DNA of 63,398 nt, counting the filler, from Lenisia limosa (Eukaryota > Protista > Breviatea), in the NCBI GenBank assembly GCA_001655205.1. It is 8 parts of 8 records of this genome, joined end to end, with 100 filler letters (N's around TTAATTAATTAA, not from the genome) between each part and the next. Parts side by side here need not be neighbours in the genome. Positions count along the whole stretch, not along the records: positions 35,457 to 47,507 come from LPNZ01010093.1; positions 47,608 to 51,019 come from LPNZ01003358.1; positions 51,120 to 63,398 come from LPNZ01008625.1; 5 more parts are not named here. One strand, given 5' to 3'. The translations under genes were made by a program, and so were the position numbers. The notes under the pieces are model-generated. The model saw only the letters and a list, made by a program, of their open reading frames with translations. It was not told where the DNA came from and ran no database searches. The number at the start of each line of letters is the position of its first letter. Positions within the stretch are counted from its first letter, which is position 1. Shown here one piece after another: positions 39,701 through 54,941 of the stretch.

Positions 39701-42700
39701 AAAAAAGCAATAGACATATGATATAATTATCGATATTTTTCTGAGGAAACTTTGTTGTTTTGTATTGAACTGCTTAACTATTGCTGTGTAAGCCCAGACC
39801 GCATACCTTGAATTTCTTTTTGATTAGTTTGGAGGCAGCTTCCTGGGTTTCTTCGTTGATCTAAAATATGAAAACCAGCAAGCAGTATTGCAGTCAATAT
39901 TGACCCAGCTTAGATCCAAATTGAAGAATTGAAGCAGCCAGCATACCACAATGAGTGTCATGTCGTCAGTCAGAAGGGCACAGGCGTAGCCAATGTTGAT
40001 GGCGGTCTCTTGCTTGTCTCCAGTGAGGACCCTGGTGGATTAGTGATAAGGGAGGGAGAACAGCTTCGCTGCAAAGTAAGTCATTCTGCTCATGGCCAAG
40101 GGCTAACCAGATTTTGATGTCAGCTTCGGCAAGGGTGGCAATTGCATCTGGTACACCTTCTTGGAGCTTATCTGTGGGGGGGGGGGGGGNNNNNNNNNNN
40201 NNNNNNNNNNNNNNNNNNNNNNNNNNNNNNNNNNNNNNNNNNNNNNNNNNNNNNNNNNNNNNNNNNNNNNNNNNNNNNNNNNNNNNNNNNNNNNNNNNNN
40301 AAAATCATAAAATCATACAGACCAGTTAGCATTTTGGGTTTAAACCATTTCAATTCTCTATCTCTGAAAATAACGAAAATCTAATGGTCTGCTCCCCTAT
40401 TTCCAACCTTCGATAGCCGTAGCGCCCAAAAGGAGCACATCCTTTTCAATGATGTCGCAAACGTCAGAAACCTCCTGCTCTCTGGACACGGTCAAAAGAG
40501 TGAAATATGTATGTATGTACCTCCAATATGATTATCATAACACCCACAAAAATAAAATAATAAACTCATAAACGACAGAAAGAAAGAATAAAGTACTGCG
40601 AGTTTTCAAACCTGTTCTCGAGTGACACAGAAGCGGCATGGAATTTACCCTTCCAGGCGTCATATTCCTCCTGGGGAATTTCACGGTAGGCGCAAACGAG
40701 GGTTCTAAGTCCCTCCGATGCGTATTCCTGAGAAATTAGACCAAAACTAAGCAGGACCCTATTTCATTTTAACAAATGAGTTGTTTGAATTATCCCCCCC
40801 CCCCNNNNNNNNNNNNNNNNNNNNNNNNNNNNNNNNNNNNNNNNNNNNNNNNNNNNNNNNNNNNNNNNNNNNNNNNNNNNNNNNNNNNNNNNNNNNNCTG
40901 AGACGGGGAATCATAACGGAGTCGGCTCCCTAAGAAATCAAAATAGCCTGATTTGACTTGCCCGCGAAAACGAAGAAAAAGTAAGGCTTCACGTTGCCAT
41001 ATATATTATGTGTGGAGAAGGACAATGGGTTCACTATTTATCAACAATATATTGAAAACTGCAACACCCCCCCACCCCCCACCCCCCAAAAAGGCAGCTA
41101 CATACCTTGAGGTAGAGTTTGATCTTGCNNNNNNNNNNNNNNNNNNNNNNNNNNNNNNNNNNNNNNNNNNNNNNNNNNNNNNNNNNNNNNNNNNNNNNNN
41201 NNNNNNNNNNNNNNNNNNNNNNNNNNNNNNNNNNNNNNNNNNNNNNNNNNNNNNNNNNNNNNNNNNNNNNNNNNNNNNNNNNNNNNNNNNNNNNNNNNNN
41301 NNNNNNNNNNNNNNNNNNNNNNNNNNNNNNNNNNNNNNNNNNNNNNNNNNNNNNNNGATGATGATTGTTGGTTGAAAGGTTGCCTTGAAATCAATCAGTT
41401 GCAGCATCAAAACGCTAACCTTGAAATTATAACCAAGGAACTTGGCGGCGGACACAAGGGCCGATTCATCAGGGGACGCAGCCTCGTAGAACATCTTGCC
41501 AGTGCTGGGATGTGAGATCGTGGAATGCGGCTTTAGGGAAGAGAATGGGTAAGAGGTGTATCAAACCTTGGATCGACTTCGGGGATGACGGTGTGACAAA
41601 CGGAGAGGAGGGAAAGAGTCTCGTGAATTTGCCATGAAGTGGGGTGGTCACCACTACAATTGTGATCAAAAAAAAAAGAAGAAAATATACTGCATTTCAA
41701 TTTTTCCACAAAAGCAAGATATTATTGTGTAAACATTTACATTGCATCCCCATGTTCCCACTGGAGGTTCTCAAAAAGGCTGACGTCATCGAAAGCGAAA
41801 TCATCCTCGTCCAACTCGCCGCCATTGAGCTCGCGCCTCTTGCGATCCATTTCTTCCCTGGCTTTCTGGGCTAATTCTTCTTCCTCAGCTGTTCGGTAAG
41901 TAGTTGAAAAGGGTTGGGTTAGGTTTAATTAGGTTGCGGAGATGTTTTTATTTTCAAAAACGGTGCTGCATACGAGTAGGGTCCTTGTAGGTTCCGGCTC
42001 TCTTCTGGGCAGCGATTCCAATTTCAGTGGTTCCGTAACCGTAAGAAATACCAGCAATAGACACCTTGCGGAATTCCATCATGTTGCGCGTAAGGGTACC
42101 TATGGAAGTGAACTGAGGCCAACAAAGAAGTCAATGAGATGGGAGATAATGAGGTTAGGAAAAACCGTTTTCGCCCCTCACCGGTCTTATCTGAGAAAAT
42201 GTATTCCACCTGTCCCAGCTCTTCGTTGAGGTTAGAGGTTCTAAACTGTTAGAGAGATGAAGAAAGAAGGTAGCAGAAAGGTACTGTCCATCATGAAATG
42301 CAAAGCAGTATTACAGACCTTGCGAGGGCCGGAGTGTCTTTCTCCTCATAGTACATTGCACGGTCAGTGTTGATCAGAATGGCCTGGGCAAGTTTGACCA
42401 TTTCAATTGTAACATAGAGGGAGATAGGGATCAGGTTGTTGAAGAGAATAAGGAAGGTCAGGAACTGGAGGGCAGAGGCAACAAGAATGTCACTGCTGTC
42501 CATGTCCAGGTACCAGGCATCCACACCGAACTTGTTCTAAAGGATCAGCTTGGTCATTTTTGTCACAAACTTGATTTTCATAAAAAGAATAGGAAGCAAT
42601 AAGAATCCACACAAACCATCCAGATATTGTATCCAATTGAACAGGCAAGAGCAAGGAAACAGAGGAGGAAGAACACACGGACAATCTGAACATTGGTTGT

Positions 42701-44334
42701 CCTAAAAGGAGTGAGTAACTAAACTACAAAAAAAAAAAAAAGAAGATATACTATGTATATCTGAGTATCTTAATCGAAAGTATTAGCATGATATAGTCAC
42801 ACTCATTTCTACCTCATTGCGCAATACTCAGCCCCTTGCCTACTTGTCCACATTCGTTCTCTTATGAGGCGCGGCAGAAGCGTTCATGAGCTGCTTAGTT
42901 TCGTGGCCACTGTATGAGACAAGCCCGATGATCCACTGTGTGTTACGGAGAACCGCACCCTAAATAATAAGCAATTATGAGGAAAGGAAAATTATCAACC
43001 AAACAACAGGAACGGTAGCCTACTCTGAGAAGAGTCTGCTTAGTTTCGAGGGGATAGGTCTTGCCTTTGATGTCCATGGAGCCCTTGAAGGAGTAGAGTC
43101 TATGACATAAGTAAGGCAGGCACACCAAGCATACATGAATATTATAATATGTAAAACAATATAATAAGCAGCAGTGAAGAGCCAGTCGAACCTGTTATTT
43201 GGACCCTCGCAATTGAGAACACCGTCAAACGCCATCGCAGTAGCCTCATCCTTGATGTCTGCAGTTTCGGCAATGCCTTGGCGGATCTTCAAGTTCGTTT
43301 CACTGTCAATATAAAAAACACTTTTGACAAAGGCAACCTCAGGAACATGAATTCAANNNNNNNNNNNNNNNNNNNNNNNNNNNNNNNNNNNNNNNNNNNN
43401 NNNNNNNNNNNNNNNNNNNNNNNNNNNNNNNNNNNNNNNNNNGTTGACAACCTAATCGTCAATAATACATAGCCATAACTATACAAAAAAAAAACACAAG
43501 AAACCACGAGTGAGAGAGAAAACAGCTTCAATAGCGTGGTGAAGAATTAAGCCACACAACCAACCTTGACCATGTCTCCAACTTCAACGTCAGCCCAAAG
43601 GGTTGGACGCCATTCAACTCCATCATCCTGGCAAGAAAGCTTCTTTTTGATCTACATCAAAATAAGCCACGAAGAGAGGGGAAGACATGAAGGGCCAGTC
43701 AATAAAATCCAACAAGAAGCCAATGTTACCTCTCTCGCTGTAGGGGCTCTCAAAACAAGGCATTTACGATTATTGACCTCCTTATCCTGCTGATGGCGCC
43801 TCTAAAGAAAAGAAAGTTAGACAAAGAAGATGCCAAAATGGAATCAAACATAGTCTTCATAGGCTTCCTTGATAGCAGTCACCAAAAGTACAAGGCACAG
43901 TGGTAAAGCTGTTGTGTAGCGACCCGTCGGCGAGATACCAGGGATTTGCTAGGGAGAAGGGTTAAAGACTAACGGCTCCATTTATTTCAAACAGAAAAAA
44001 AAATCCACTCACTTGAAGTAGCGAAATCAAGAGAAAATACGAATTGGCGACTTTTTTGAACTGTTCAAAGAGATTCTTTGGAATAAAATTCCACATTGTG
44101 TACTAAATATGATGAGTCGAGTTGACTTAGCCGCTGTACTGAGCAGTCGGAGAAACTACGTCCAACCTTTGCAGTAGAAACATAGTTACAAACAAAACGT
44201 CCATCTGCCGTTTTATCTGCATCATTGCAATAGATTGTGCGATTTTCATCTCCTCCATGAAGCTGTATGCCGTGAGTTGCATCAGTTCAGAACGTAACTC
44301 AAGAAAGCCTGCTTACCCGAGGTTTACCGCCCAT
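36773..44334 (-). CDS. P4-type ATPase (phospholipid flippase, ATP8A/Drs2/ALA3-like), >25 exons, several gaps
   Basis: Start MGGKPR|[14 protein letters not shown]...NYVSTAK|[30 protein letters not shown]; EYIFSDKTG|TLTRNMMEF (phosphorylation motif, ~42100-42210); [12 protein letters not shown]; [13 protein letters not shown]...[14 protein letters not shown]|[17 protein letters not shown]; HGRYSY; C-terminal TGFAFD; probable stop TAG at 36773-36775. Confidence 0.96.
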
Positions 44335-44678
44335 TTTAGGGACTTTAAAGATAAAGATCCCTGTTTAGGCAAGAAATACTACAACTGTATTATTCACCCA
44401 AATAACTAATGGTCTCCAGGATTCATCCACCTGCTATGTCTCTAAATTACCTAAATTCTAAGTCACCCAGTCACCCAGAATATTAAATGTGGTTTTGGGT
44501 TACAAAAAAATAATAAAAAAAATCCACTTTGATGAAAAACCTGGATATCCAACTTTTCCGCAAAGGGGAACTGAACTCAAGTCACCCATTTTCTTTTTAA
44601 CTTGATTTTTGAATTTTCTTCGCCTCTTCTTTTTTAGGTACAGGGCACTCTCCTTTTACAAAAAAAAAAAAACTAAAA
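44335..44678. promoter_or_regulatory. 344-bp divergent (bidirectional) promoter region between P4-ATPase and PABP
   Basis: The two ATGs (44334 minus, 44679 plus) point away from each other; AGTCACCCA occurs three times (44461, 44469, 44580). Confidence 0.65.
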
Positions 44679-47115
<2,437 letters not shown>

Positions 47116-47607
47116 ATCCGTTCATCTTGTTTGTTCAATATAGGCATGGTCGATTGTTTTTTCGCTGGTGGAACCAATCGAGATTGGATGAATAAATAAA
47201 TAAGACTAGTACAACAGTCTAGAAACGAAGCGAGCTTTTTGAATAAGACTACAATGCGTCTAAATGGTAAAAACAAGCAAAATTATTTGGATTATGAACA
47301 CTTTCTTGGCCTTTGGACTTCAACCCCCCCCCTCTGAAAAGAATAAAGGCTGTTAAGGTGTTTCCTTCAATATGATACTATTAGAAGTCGGTGCAATTAA
47401 TATTTTCTGAAACCAATAATTTCTTGAAATTTAATTGCGAATTAATTTAAAATAAATTTTGTCAAATTACTTTTCAAAAATAAAAGTTCTTTTGGAAGGT
47501 TCCAGAANNNNNNNNNNNNNNNNNNNNNNNNNNNNNNNNNNNNNNNNNNNNTTAATTAATTAANNNNNNNNNNNNNNNNNNNNNNNNNNNNNNNNNNNNN
47601 NNNNNNN

Positions 47608-50601
47608 CCACGACAATGCAGGACTTCAGCATCTTCTTATCAGCCTTGCATTGGGCCATAAACTCATTTTCCTGCCTCTTGAGCTTCTCCGCCGCCTCCA
47701 ACAAACTCGACAAATGTGCCAAGTCTCCGGCTTTCTGAGGAGGGGGGGGGGGGAGTAAAATTGGAAAATTTATGAAACAAAAAAGCCCAAATCAACGAAA
47801 AATTTGAAAATTTATGAAANNNNNNNNNNNNNNNNNNNNNNNNNNNNNNNNNNNNNNNNNNNNNNNNNNNNNNNNNNNNNNNNNNNNNNNNNNNNNNNNN
47901 NNNNNNNNNNNNNNNNNNNNNNNNNNNNNNNNNNNNNNNNNNNNNNNNNNNNNNNNNNNNNNNNNNNNNNNNNNNNNNNNNNNNNNNNNNNNNNNNNNNN
48001 NNNNNNNNNNNNNNNNNNNNNNNNNNNNTGTCTTTGTAGTCCGTACGCTCCTCGGCTTCTTCCTTCTTCTCCTCCGTCCTGCTTAGGTAAAAGGATCGTG
48101 TTGATTGGGTATTACAGTAGCCTCTTGTTGGATGATAATAAGTAACCTCTTATGAGATTAAGTAACCTCTAATGAGATTAAGTAACCTCTTATGAGAGCC
48201 TCTCCATTTGTGCCAAAGGGGCTGGGTATTTGATAACTTGTCCTTGGGAAGTAAAAATGGTAAATGTATCATATGTTATTATAGTACTAGATAGCAATGA
48301 GAAATAAAAAAAAAAAATAAGATTGTATCTGGCCGAAGCCGTCCATACCTTACGCTGATAGTACTATAGTTGTGAAAGGGGGGTAATACTGTCCGTTGTG
48401 TCAAGAGTTTACAAGAGACAAGAGGTTTTGGAGGGATGTGCACGATGAAAAATAGCTGACCAAAAATCTGTCCACGTTTTCCTATTTTTGAGTTTTCTTC
48501 CTTCCTTCTCAAAAGAAACAATGAGGGAGGGGGGTGAGCCGAATATGCTCTTTGTACAAAAAAAGAGAGAATTGCTGACAAGAAACAATGGATCGCAGAT
48601 ATCAATATGACGAATCAAAATAACTGAAACATCCATTAACTCCCATAAATTCCTTATAAAAAAAGTTCCCTTATCTGTCAATATCACAAACACTCCTCCT
48701 CTCACTCCCCCTCTCACTCCTCCTGGAGCTCCTTGTACTGGGCTTTAGCAGCCTTGGCTTCCCTAAAAAGTCAGGCTCATGTTGAAATGGATATGACTAT
48801 TTAATGTTTTTTTTTAAGATTCCCTATGTATTTATGTTTCCCAAGATAACCTTCACTACAAAACAACAAAACAGATTGGAAAATAGTATCATATCGATAT
48901 GTAATATGAACTTAACACAAAAAAAAAGAAAAGAAAAAAAGTGACTTATCATTACCCCACATCAGAGGGGAATTTGCAGTACAATAAATGGAAATATCTC
49001 AAAATTTGAAGTGGGACAATATTGAAACCAGAATTCAATTTTTTGTGTCAATTGCCCTCTAGACCACTCTTTCATACCTTTCATCACTCTACATACCCTC
49101 CCAACTCTTTCAAACATGTCATATTCCTTACGGTCCGAAAAAGACCAGTAAAATGTCGATATTATCGAGGATTCACCGAGAAATTCAGTCTTTTTTGGGA
49201 CCGTAGGGAAGCCTTAGTCACACCCTCTCGCCCACTCTTTCATTTGACTGATCTGTTCCTGTCACACCCTCTCGCCNNNNNNNNNNNNNNNNNNNNNNNN
49301 NNNNNNNNNNNNNNNNNNNNNNNNNNNNNNNNNNNNNNNNNNNNNNNNNNNNNNNNNNNCTCGCCCACTCTTTCATTTGACTGATCTGTTCCTGGAGTGC
49401 GGCAACTTGACGGCGATGTGCCCTCAGAGACAATTCCTCCTCCTGTGGAGAGGGGGAAAGGTAAAACAGACAACTTATGAAACAAAAAAAAAAACAGAAG
49501 GTACTTGCAGCCTACGAGGGGTATGGTAAAATTGTATAATTTATGAAACAAAAAAATCCCAAAATCAACTGTCAGGTGACAATACAAAAAACAATTTATG
49601 AAACGAAACCAAGAATCACTTCTGTTGGCAAAACAGTTTAAAACACATCGTTTCAAAACAAAAAAAAAAAAAGTTGAAGAAATAAACATGAAACAAAGCC
49701 TGTCCCCTACCGAAAGCTGTGGCACGAAGTCTTCACCAGCCTGATCCTTATCATGGTCAAAAGCCTGCTTCTGCGCAGCCACAATAGAGTTGACAAGGCC
49801 CTGTGCGACAATGTCTGGGGAGGGGGGGGGGTGAAATCTCCGTGCAATTAATTGAAAAATTAATTTCAAAATTTGAAGTCGGACATATAATAAAGCTATT
49901 CCAGAAAATTTAATTTCAAATTTTGTCGATTAATTTCCGAGCCCTAATTATTTATGAAACAAACAAAACCCCACCAGAATCAACTCTGTTGGCTAGCATT
50001 TGGGGAACACACAAAGGACAACAAAACAAAGCCCAGGCCAGTTGCTTCTTCAGCACTACATCCCATCACTCCAGCGAACGGGGCGAGGGGGAGGGCGAAG
50101 GTGATTGAAAGAAAATATGTATTATGTATATTGATTGTCAGGTAACACAAAAAAAAAACATAAACAGAAAAATCAAATTGACACACCATCATCCATAGAA
50201 CCACTCTCTGTCCACCTTTTTCTTCGTCATCCATGAGCACCATTCTCTCCAGAAGCTCCTCCATTTCTTTTTCTCTTTCCTCCTCATCATCTGACTCCGA
50301 AGACTGCAACATCAGGGGCAAAAATAATTGGTCAAAAATCATGCATGCAAATACAATAATAATAAAAAAGCCCAGAATCAACTCGGTTGGCTATTTGAGA
50401 AACACACAGGTAAAAATGGATAATTAATGAAGCAAAAAAGCCCAAAATATACCCTGTGGTAGAAAACAAAACAAAACACAACATAAAAAAAGCCCAGGCC
50501 AGGCTAGTCATACCCCCCACATCGCCGGCAGTGGCCATCATGAAGCCGTACTCAACAAGGGTGGACGTCACCATGCGCTCTTCGGTTCCGTGCTTGCGGC
50601 C
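47608..50601 (-). CDS. CCDC93: CCDC93 (CCC/Commander endosomal recycling complex subunit), internal fragment
   Basis: Exons GRKHGTEERMVTSTLVEYG (cf. H.TLLEYG), EEEREKEMEELLERM, LRAHRRQVAALQEQI and LSSLLEAAEKLKRQENEFMAQCKADKKML (cf. ENLKSQEQEFKAHC), in the expected order. Confidence 0.8.
48139..48197. repeat. 20-bp tandem repeat x3 (taagtaacctcttatgagat)
   Basis: Read directly from the sequence. Confidence 0.85.
49950..50095 (-). repeat. Sense-oriented intronic repeat family, representative copy (about 16 copies)
   Basis: Consensus in transcript sense CGCTGGAGTGATGGGATG..GTGCTGCAGAAGCGACTGGCCTGGGCTTTGTTTGTTTTG...GCCAACAGAGTTGATTTTGGGCTTTTT.GTTTCATAAATTTTCCAATTTTACCCCCC(C)nAG; see findings for the copy list. 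Confidence 0.8.
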
Positions 50602-51460
50602 CTGAAAAGAACAGTCAATATGATATGATATGATATGATTTGCTATGGTATGATATTATTAATAAAGAATCAGAGCAGTATGGGTTGAATCCAAAAGCAA
50701 TCACAGTCAATGGAGCAGTGAGATTACCAATTAAATGAACTAAATTTCGTTTAAGATAAAATAACATCCCCTGAAAATCTTCAAGTCAGAGGTGAGAAAG
50801 AGGAGCAAAAAGTACAGCGGTCAAGTTCAAATGTTTCTTTTCATATTTAGCTTGCTAGTATCACCAAGAACTCCCCCTTCTTCTTTTACTCCCCCTCCCC
50901 ATTTCTGAACCACTTGAACCCCTTTTCAAACGCCGGATCTCTAGTTTCAATATTTATGATCCTAGTTTCAATAGAGGCTTTACTGCAATAATAACAATAA
51001 TAATGAAATAATAATAATANNNNNNNNNNNNNNNNNNNNNNNNNNNNNNNNNNNNNNNNNNNNTTAATTAATTAANNNNNNNNNNNNNNNNNNNNNNNNN
51101 NNNNNNNNNNNNNNNNNNNTCACGCTTATAAGAGCTTGGATTGTTGTATAATACTAAATCACCCAATCATTTGCCTTACAACTCTGTGTACACAGCTTGA
51201 TAATACGTATATAGCCATGAGAAATAAAAAATAAGGTTGTGCCTGTTTTGATGAGTTCAGGTATGAGGGTAAATATTGCGAAAGAGGGGGGGGGGGTGCG
51301 GAAATGAGAGAAAAAAACAAATACGAGCAATTCACATTTATTACTGATTATGAACCAGCATAAAAGTCAGCACAATTGTTTGCCTTATACCTTGATCAAA
51401 GGTCTAAAAAAAAAGACTACTCAAATATAATCTTAAGGTCCCCAATAGATCGTCTGGCAT

Positions 51461-51579
51461 TAGGACCTCATGTAATTAATTTTAAAAATCTGAAGTGAGC
51501 CGTTACAACCCCATTTCAGACACTTTATTTTCTAATATTTTCAATTAATGTCCTCAAAAATAAATTGCATTGAGCCCTA
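51461..51579. mobile_element. Second TAGGGCT-ended AT-rich MITE family (representative copy)
   Basis: Ends TAGGACCTCATGTAATTAATT...AAATTGCATTGAGCCCTA; flanks tctggcat/gttggcat (6/8 match). Relatives at ~14761-14800, 47390-47470, 49836-49946, 59660-59716, 59850-59927 and 63116-63238. Confidence 0.6.
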
Positions 51580-51693
51580 GTTGGCATACCTCAAATCAAC
51601 CACAGTATGGCCTATGTATTAATGGTTACCTAGATTTAATGTATGTACAGTGACCAGGATAAGTCTCGGGGAATCACATAGTTAATCAATTTA

Positions 51694-52167
51694 GGTTTGT
51701 TTTCGATCCGAAGTAAAGCTCTATTGGCAAAAGTAACCTGCTCTGTGTTTTCTTCTAGTTGTTGCACACAAATTTCTAACTTCTCATGGTTGAGTTTTTT
51801 TTGTTCAGGATTCCTTTGTGTCATAGGTTGGGCTTCCCTGCAGTCCAAAAAAGACCGGTAAAACATCGATATTTATCGAGGATTTATCGAGAAATTCAGT
51901 CTTTTTTTTGGATACGGCAACAAAGATCATGTGGATACAGAGGTTCCCTATCCAAAAAAGACTGAATTTCTCGATAAATCCTCGATAAATATCGATGTTT
52001 TACCGGTCTTTTTTGGACTGCAAGGAAGCCCAACCTATGACACAAAGGAATCCTGAACAAAAAAAACTCAACCATTAGAAGTTAGAAATTTGTGTACAAC
52101 AACTAGAAGAAAACACAGAGCAGGTTACTTTTGCCAATAGAGCTTCACTTCGGATCGAAAAAAAACC
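51694..52167. repeat. Long inverted repeat (arms ~220 bp, 34-nt spacer)
   Basis: 51694-51914 is the reverse complement of 51949-52167 with only a few differences. Confidence 0.93.
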
Positions 52168-52254
52168 AGTGGAATATCGACAATTCGAGAATTTGTCGAG
52201 AATCCAGTTTTTTTGAACCGAAGTGAAGATATATTGTCCACCCACTTTTGAGGT

Positions 52255-54460
52255 AAATGCAGCTCCAGTTCTCAGCCCACATCAGCGAGTCTGTCACAAT
52301 GTCTTTGGGCGTATAAGTTGAGACCTGTAGGGAGGGGGGGGGGNNNNNNNNNNNNNNNNNNNNNNNNNNNNNNNNNNNNNNNNNNNNNNNNNNNNNNNNN
52401 NNNNNNNNNNNNNNNNNNNNNNNNNNNNNNNNNNNNNNNNNNNNNNNNNNNNNNNNTCAAATAACCAAGAATCAACTGTGCCGGATGAGCATTTGGGAAG
52501 CACACGAGGGAAAAAAAGCAGCAAAACAAACAAAGCCCAAGCCAGTCGCTTCTGCAAAAAATCCGACACACCTTCGACCGGGTTTTTCGTACATCGTTCG
52601 TTGTTATAACTTTGTCAGTACCTAAAGAATAACAGGTGTGCAAGTTGGACAGGCCTATTACCACCATTTTAACCTCATTAATTAATTTACCATGTTATTT
52701 TCATTTAAAAAAACAAAAAAACAAAACAAACAACAATAGCACCGAGAAGTCTTGCACAGTCCCCCCACCCCCCAAACTTGTCATCATAACGAGAGACGTG
52801 ACCCTAAAAAGTCAGGTAAAATGTATATGGGGGTGTAATGCGGATCATTGGTGTTGTAGGGTAAACAGGTATAGGACTCATAATAATACAGATATTTCTA
52901 TACGTGGATTTGAATTATTCAATGTAGTATATCATGTTCCCTTGCCATCCAAAAAAGAACTGCGTGATGGTATGAGTGAATAAAAAGTCATAATTCGAGT
53001 GTATCAGAGTATAATTGAGACATGTAGGTCAAGTATCACAAAGTGGATATGAGGTTTCATTATCCAGCGTGGAAAATGATAGTTGACACGTGGGAAAAGG
53101 GCTCAGAAATGATATGAATATTCAGTAATACTGATACTCTTGACCACCCCCCGCCTTCCAGTCTCCCCTAGGGGGAGTGGAGGGGGACTATTGAGGTAAG
53201 TACTAATATTATCGTCCAAGAACTCCCATGGGCACTAGATACCATACGGACACGTATCTGCCGACATTATTCCCAGAAAATGACAGAATATCTCGAAATA
53301 TTATTGATATACAGTGACCAGGAAGTCTTGACCTATTTTCCTTGGGAAACCGGAGAGTGAATCGGTCCCGGTCACTGAATATCGATATTTACCGATTTTT
53401 TTCTTAAATGAGTGAAGATCTAAATACTCGTACCCGAGACACATGCGGGTTGGGGTTCCGAAAGTGGCATCTCCGGGGTAAGAAGTCAGGTCCTTGATGT
53501 CGTAGAGCGAATACTGTAATATAAATTGGAAAATATATGAAATATAAAAAAAGCCCATATTAACTTTGTTCGCACACAAGGGTTGATAACATAAAACAAA
53601 CAAAGCTCAGAGCCAGTCGCTTCTACAACACCGCATCCCATCACTCCAGCGCACGGGGTGGGGGATATGACGACATGATATTATGGATAATGTGACAGAT
53701 AGCGTGGATGATAGCCCGGGAGTATATAGATGAGAATAAAAAATAATGTTGTATTGGCCAAAGCGTCACACCATCACACGAATAAGAAATGTTAGATTAT
53801 TGTACAATGGTAATTCAAGACTGAGACATGAGTAGGGCAAGATTGAGCAATAAAGAATGGTGCAAGTAGGGCTTCACTTCGGTTCGAAAAAAAGACAGAA
53901 TTTCTCGCTAAATCCTCGAAAACTATCGATATCTTACCGGTCTTTTTCGAACCGAAGTAAAGCTCTCATAACAAATCCATAAATTACGCAATGGGTAAGT
54001 TATGCCCACGAGGAATAATGTTGCTGGGATGCACACAGAAAGCTATTTGAACAGAGTTGTAAGGCAAAAGATTGGGTCATTTTGTATTAGTATACAATAA
54101 TTCAATATCTCTTATAGCTTCGGCCAGATACAACCTTCTTTTTATTTCTCATTGCTACTATATACAACTCCATCTGGAAGTAAGCTTGTCCTTGGTTATA
54201 TACGTAAGAATAGTATTTTTTTGCTTTACTGTTTCTTAAGCACATATTTGTTATTTGTACTAGTACACTGTAGAAATTAAAAATGAGTAAGAGACGCTAT
54301 ATATTCTCCAAGCTTACTCCACGGGGAACCTTGTTAGGGCTCCAAATGTACGCCTCTTNNNNNNNNNNNNNNNNNNNNNNNNNNNNNNNNNNNNCGGGGA
54401 ACCTTGTTAGGGCTCCAAATGTACACCTCTTCTACAAGCAGTTAGTTAGGGTGACTGAAA

Positions 54461-54500
<40 letters not shown>

Positions 54501-54620
54501 CAGACAAGTTACAGCATGCCCATTAAGCCATGTATAATGCCGTATAGCACAAAACCAACCATCTGAGGTGGGCTGAAAGGCAAGACCTACACAGACTAAC
54601 GCGAAGAGGAAGAGTAGCAT
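52255..54620 (-). CDS. Secreted protein of unknown function, multi-exon; 3' end not located
   Basis: ATG at 54620 gives the signal-peptide-like MLLFLFALVCVGLAFQPTSDG; later exons read EEVYIWSPNKVPRG, YSLYDIKDLTSYPGDATFGTPTRMCLG and in-phase TDKVITTNDVRKTRSK|VSTYTPKDIVTDSLMWAENWSCIYLK. Confidence 0.55.
54464..54498. repeat. (GA)n microsatellite
   Basis: Read directly from the sequence. Confidence 0.95.
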
Positions 54621-54941
54621 TGTGAACGAAAAGAGGAAGGGACAACTTTGTTAAACTGGTCCTACTTAGAGCATGTTTCACTATTAAAAAGCAGTTCAAT
54701 CGTGAAGAGGCGCGGTTGGAAAGAGCATTCAGTTTAAAAGCGCAAGATCCCGACGGATCAATTGTGTAAAACGCCAAACTGCTTCCTAACTGACCTCTTG
54801 GTGTCGTAATTTATTGCATATTATAATATTATATATTTTATATTGTCATATTATCAAATATTGATTGCATACCGTGTATCTTCCTCTAATGGCCATCTTC
54901 TGTCGTGTTTCATCATAATATAAGCGTTTAAAAGAATAAAA

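Noticed and set aside
49218-49400. ~44-bp repeat at a CCDC93 exon end as exon duplication
   Set aside because: The copies flank an N gap, so this is most simply contig-end overlap; the same applies to 54320-54430.
50990-51019. (AAT)n at a scaffold end as a telomere
   Set aside because: It is short, degenerate and not G-rich: an ordinary microsatellite at a contig break.
53867-53965. GGTTCGAA in the type-A TIR as a tRNA B-box (tRNA or SINE)
   Set aside because: It lacks the downstream C of GTTCRANNC, there is no A-box or cloverleaf, type B lacks the motif, and 8-bp TSDs with TIRs indicate a DNA transposon.
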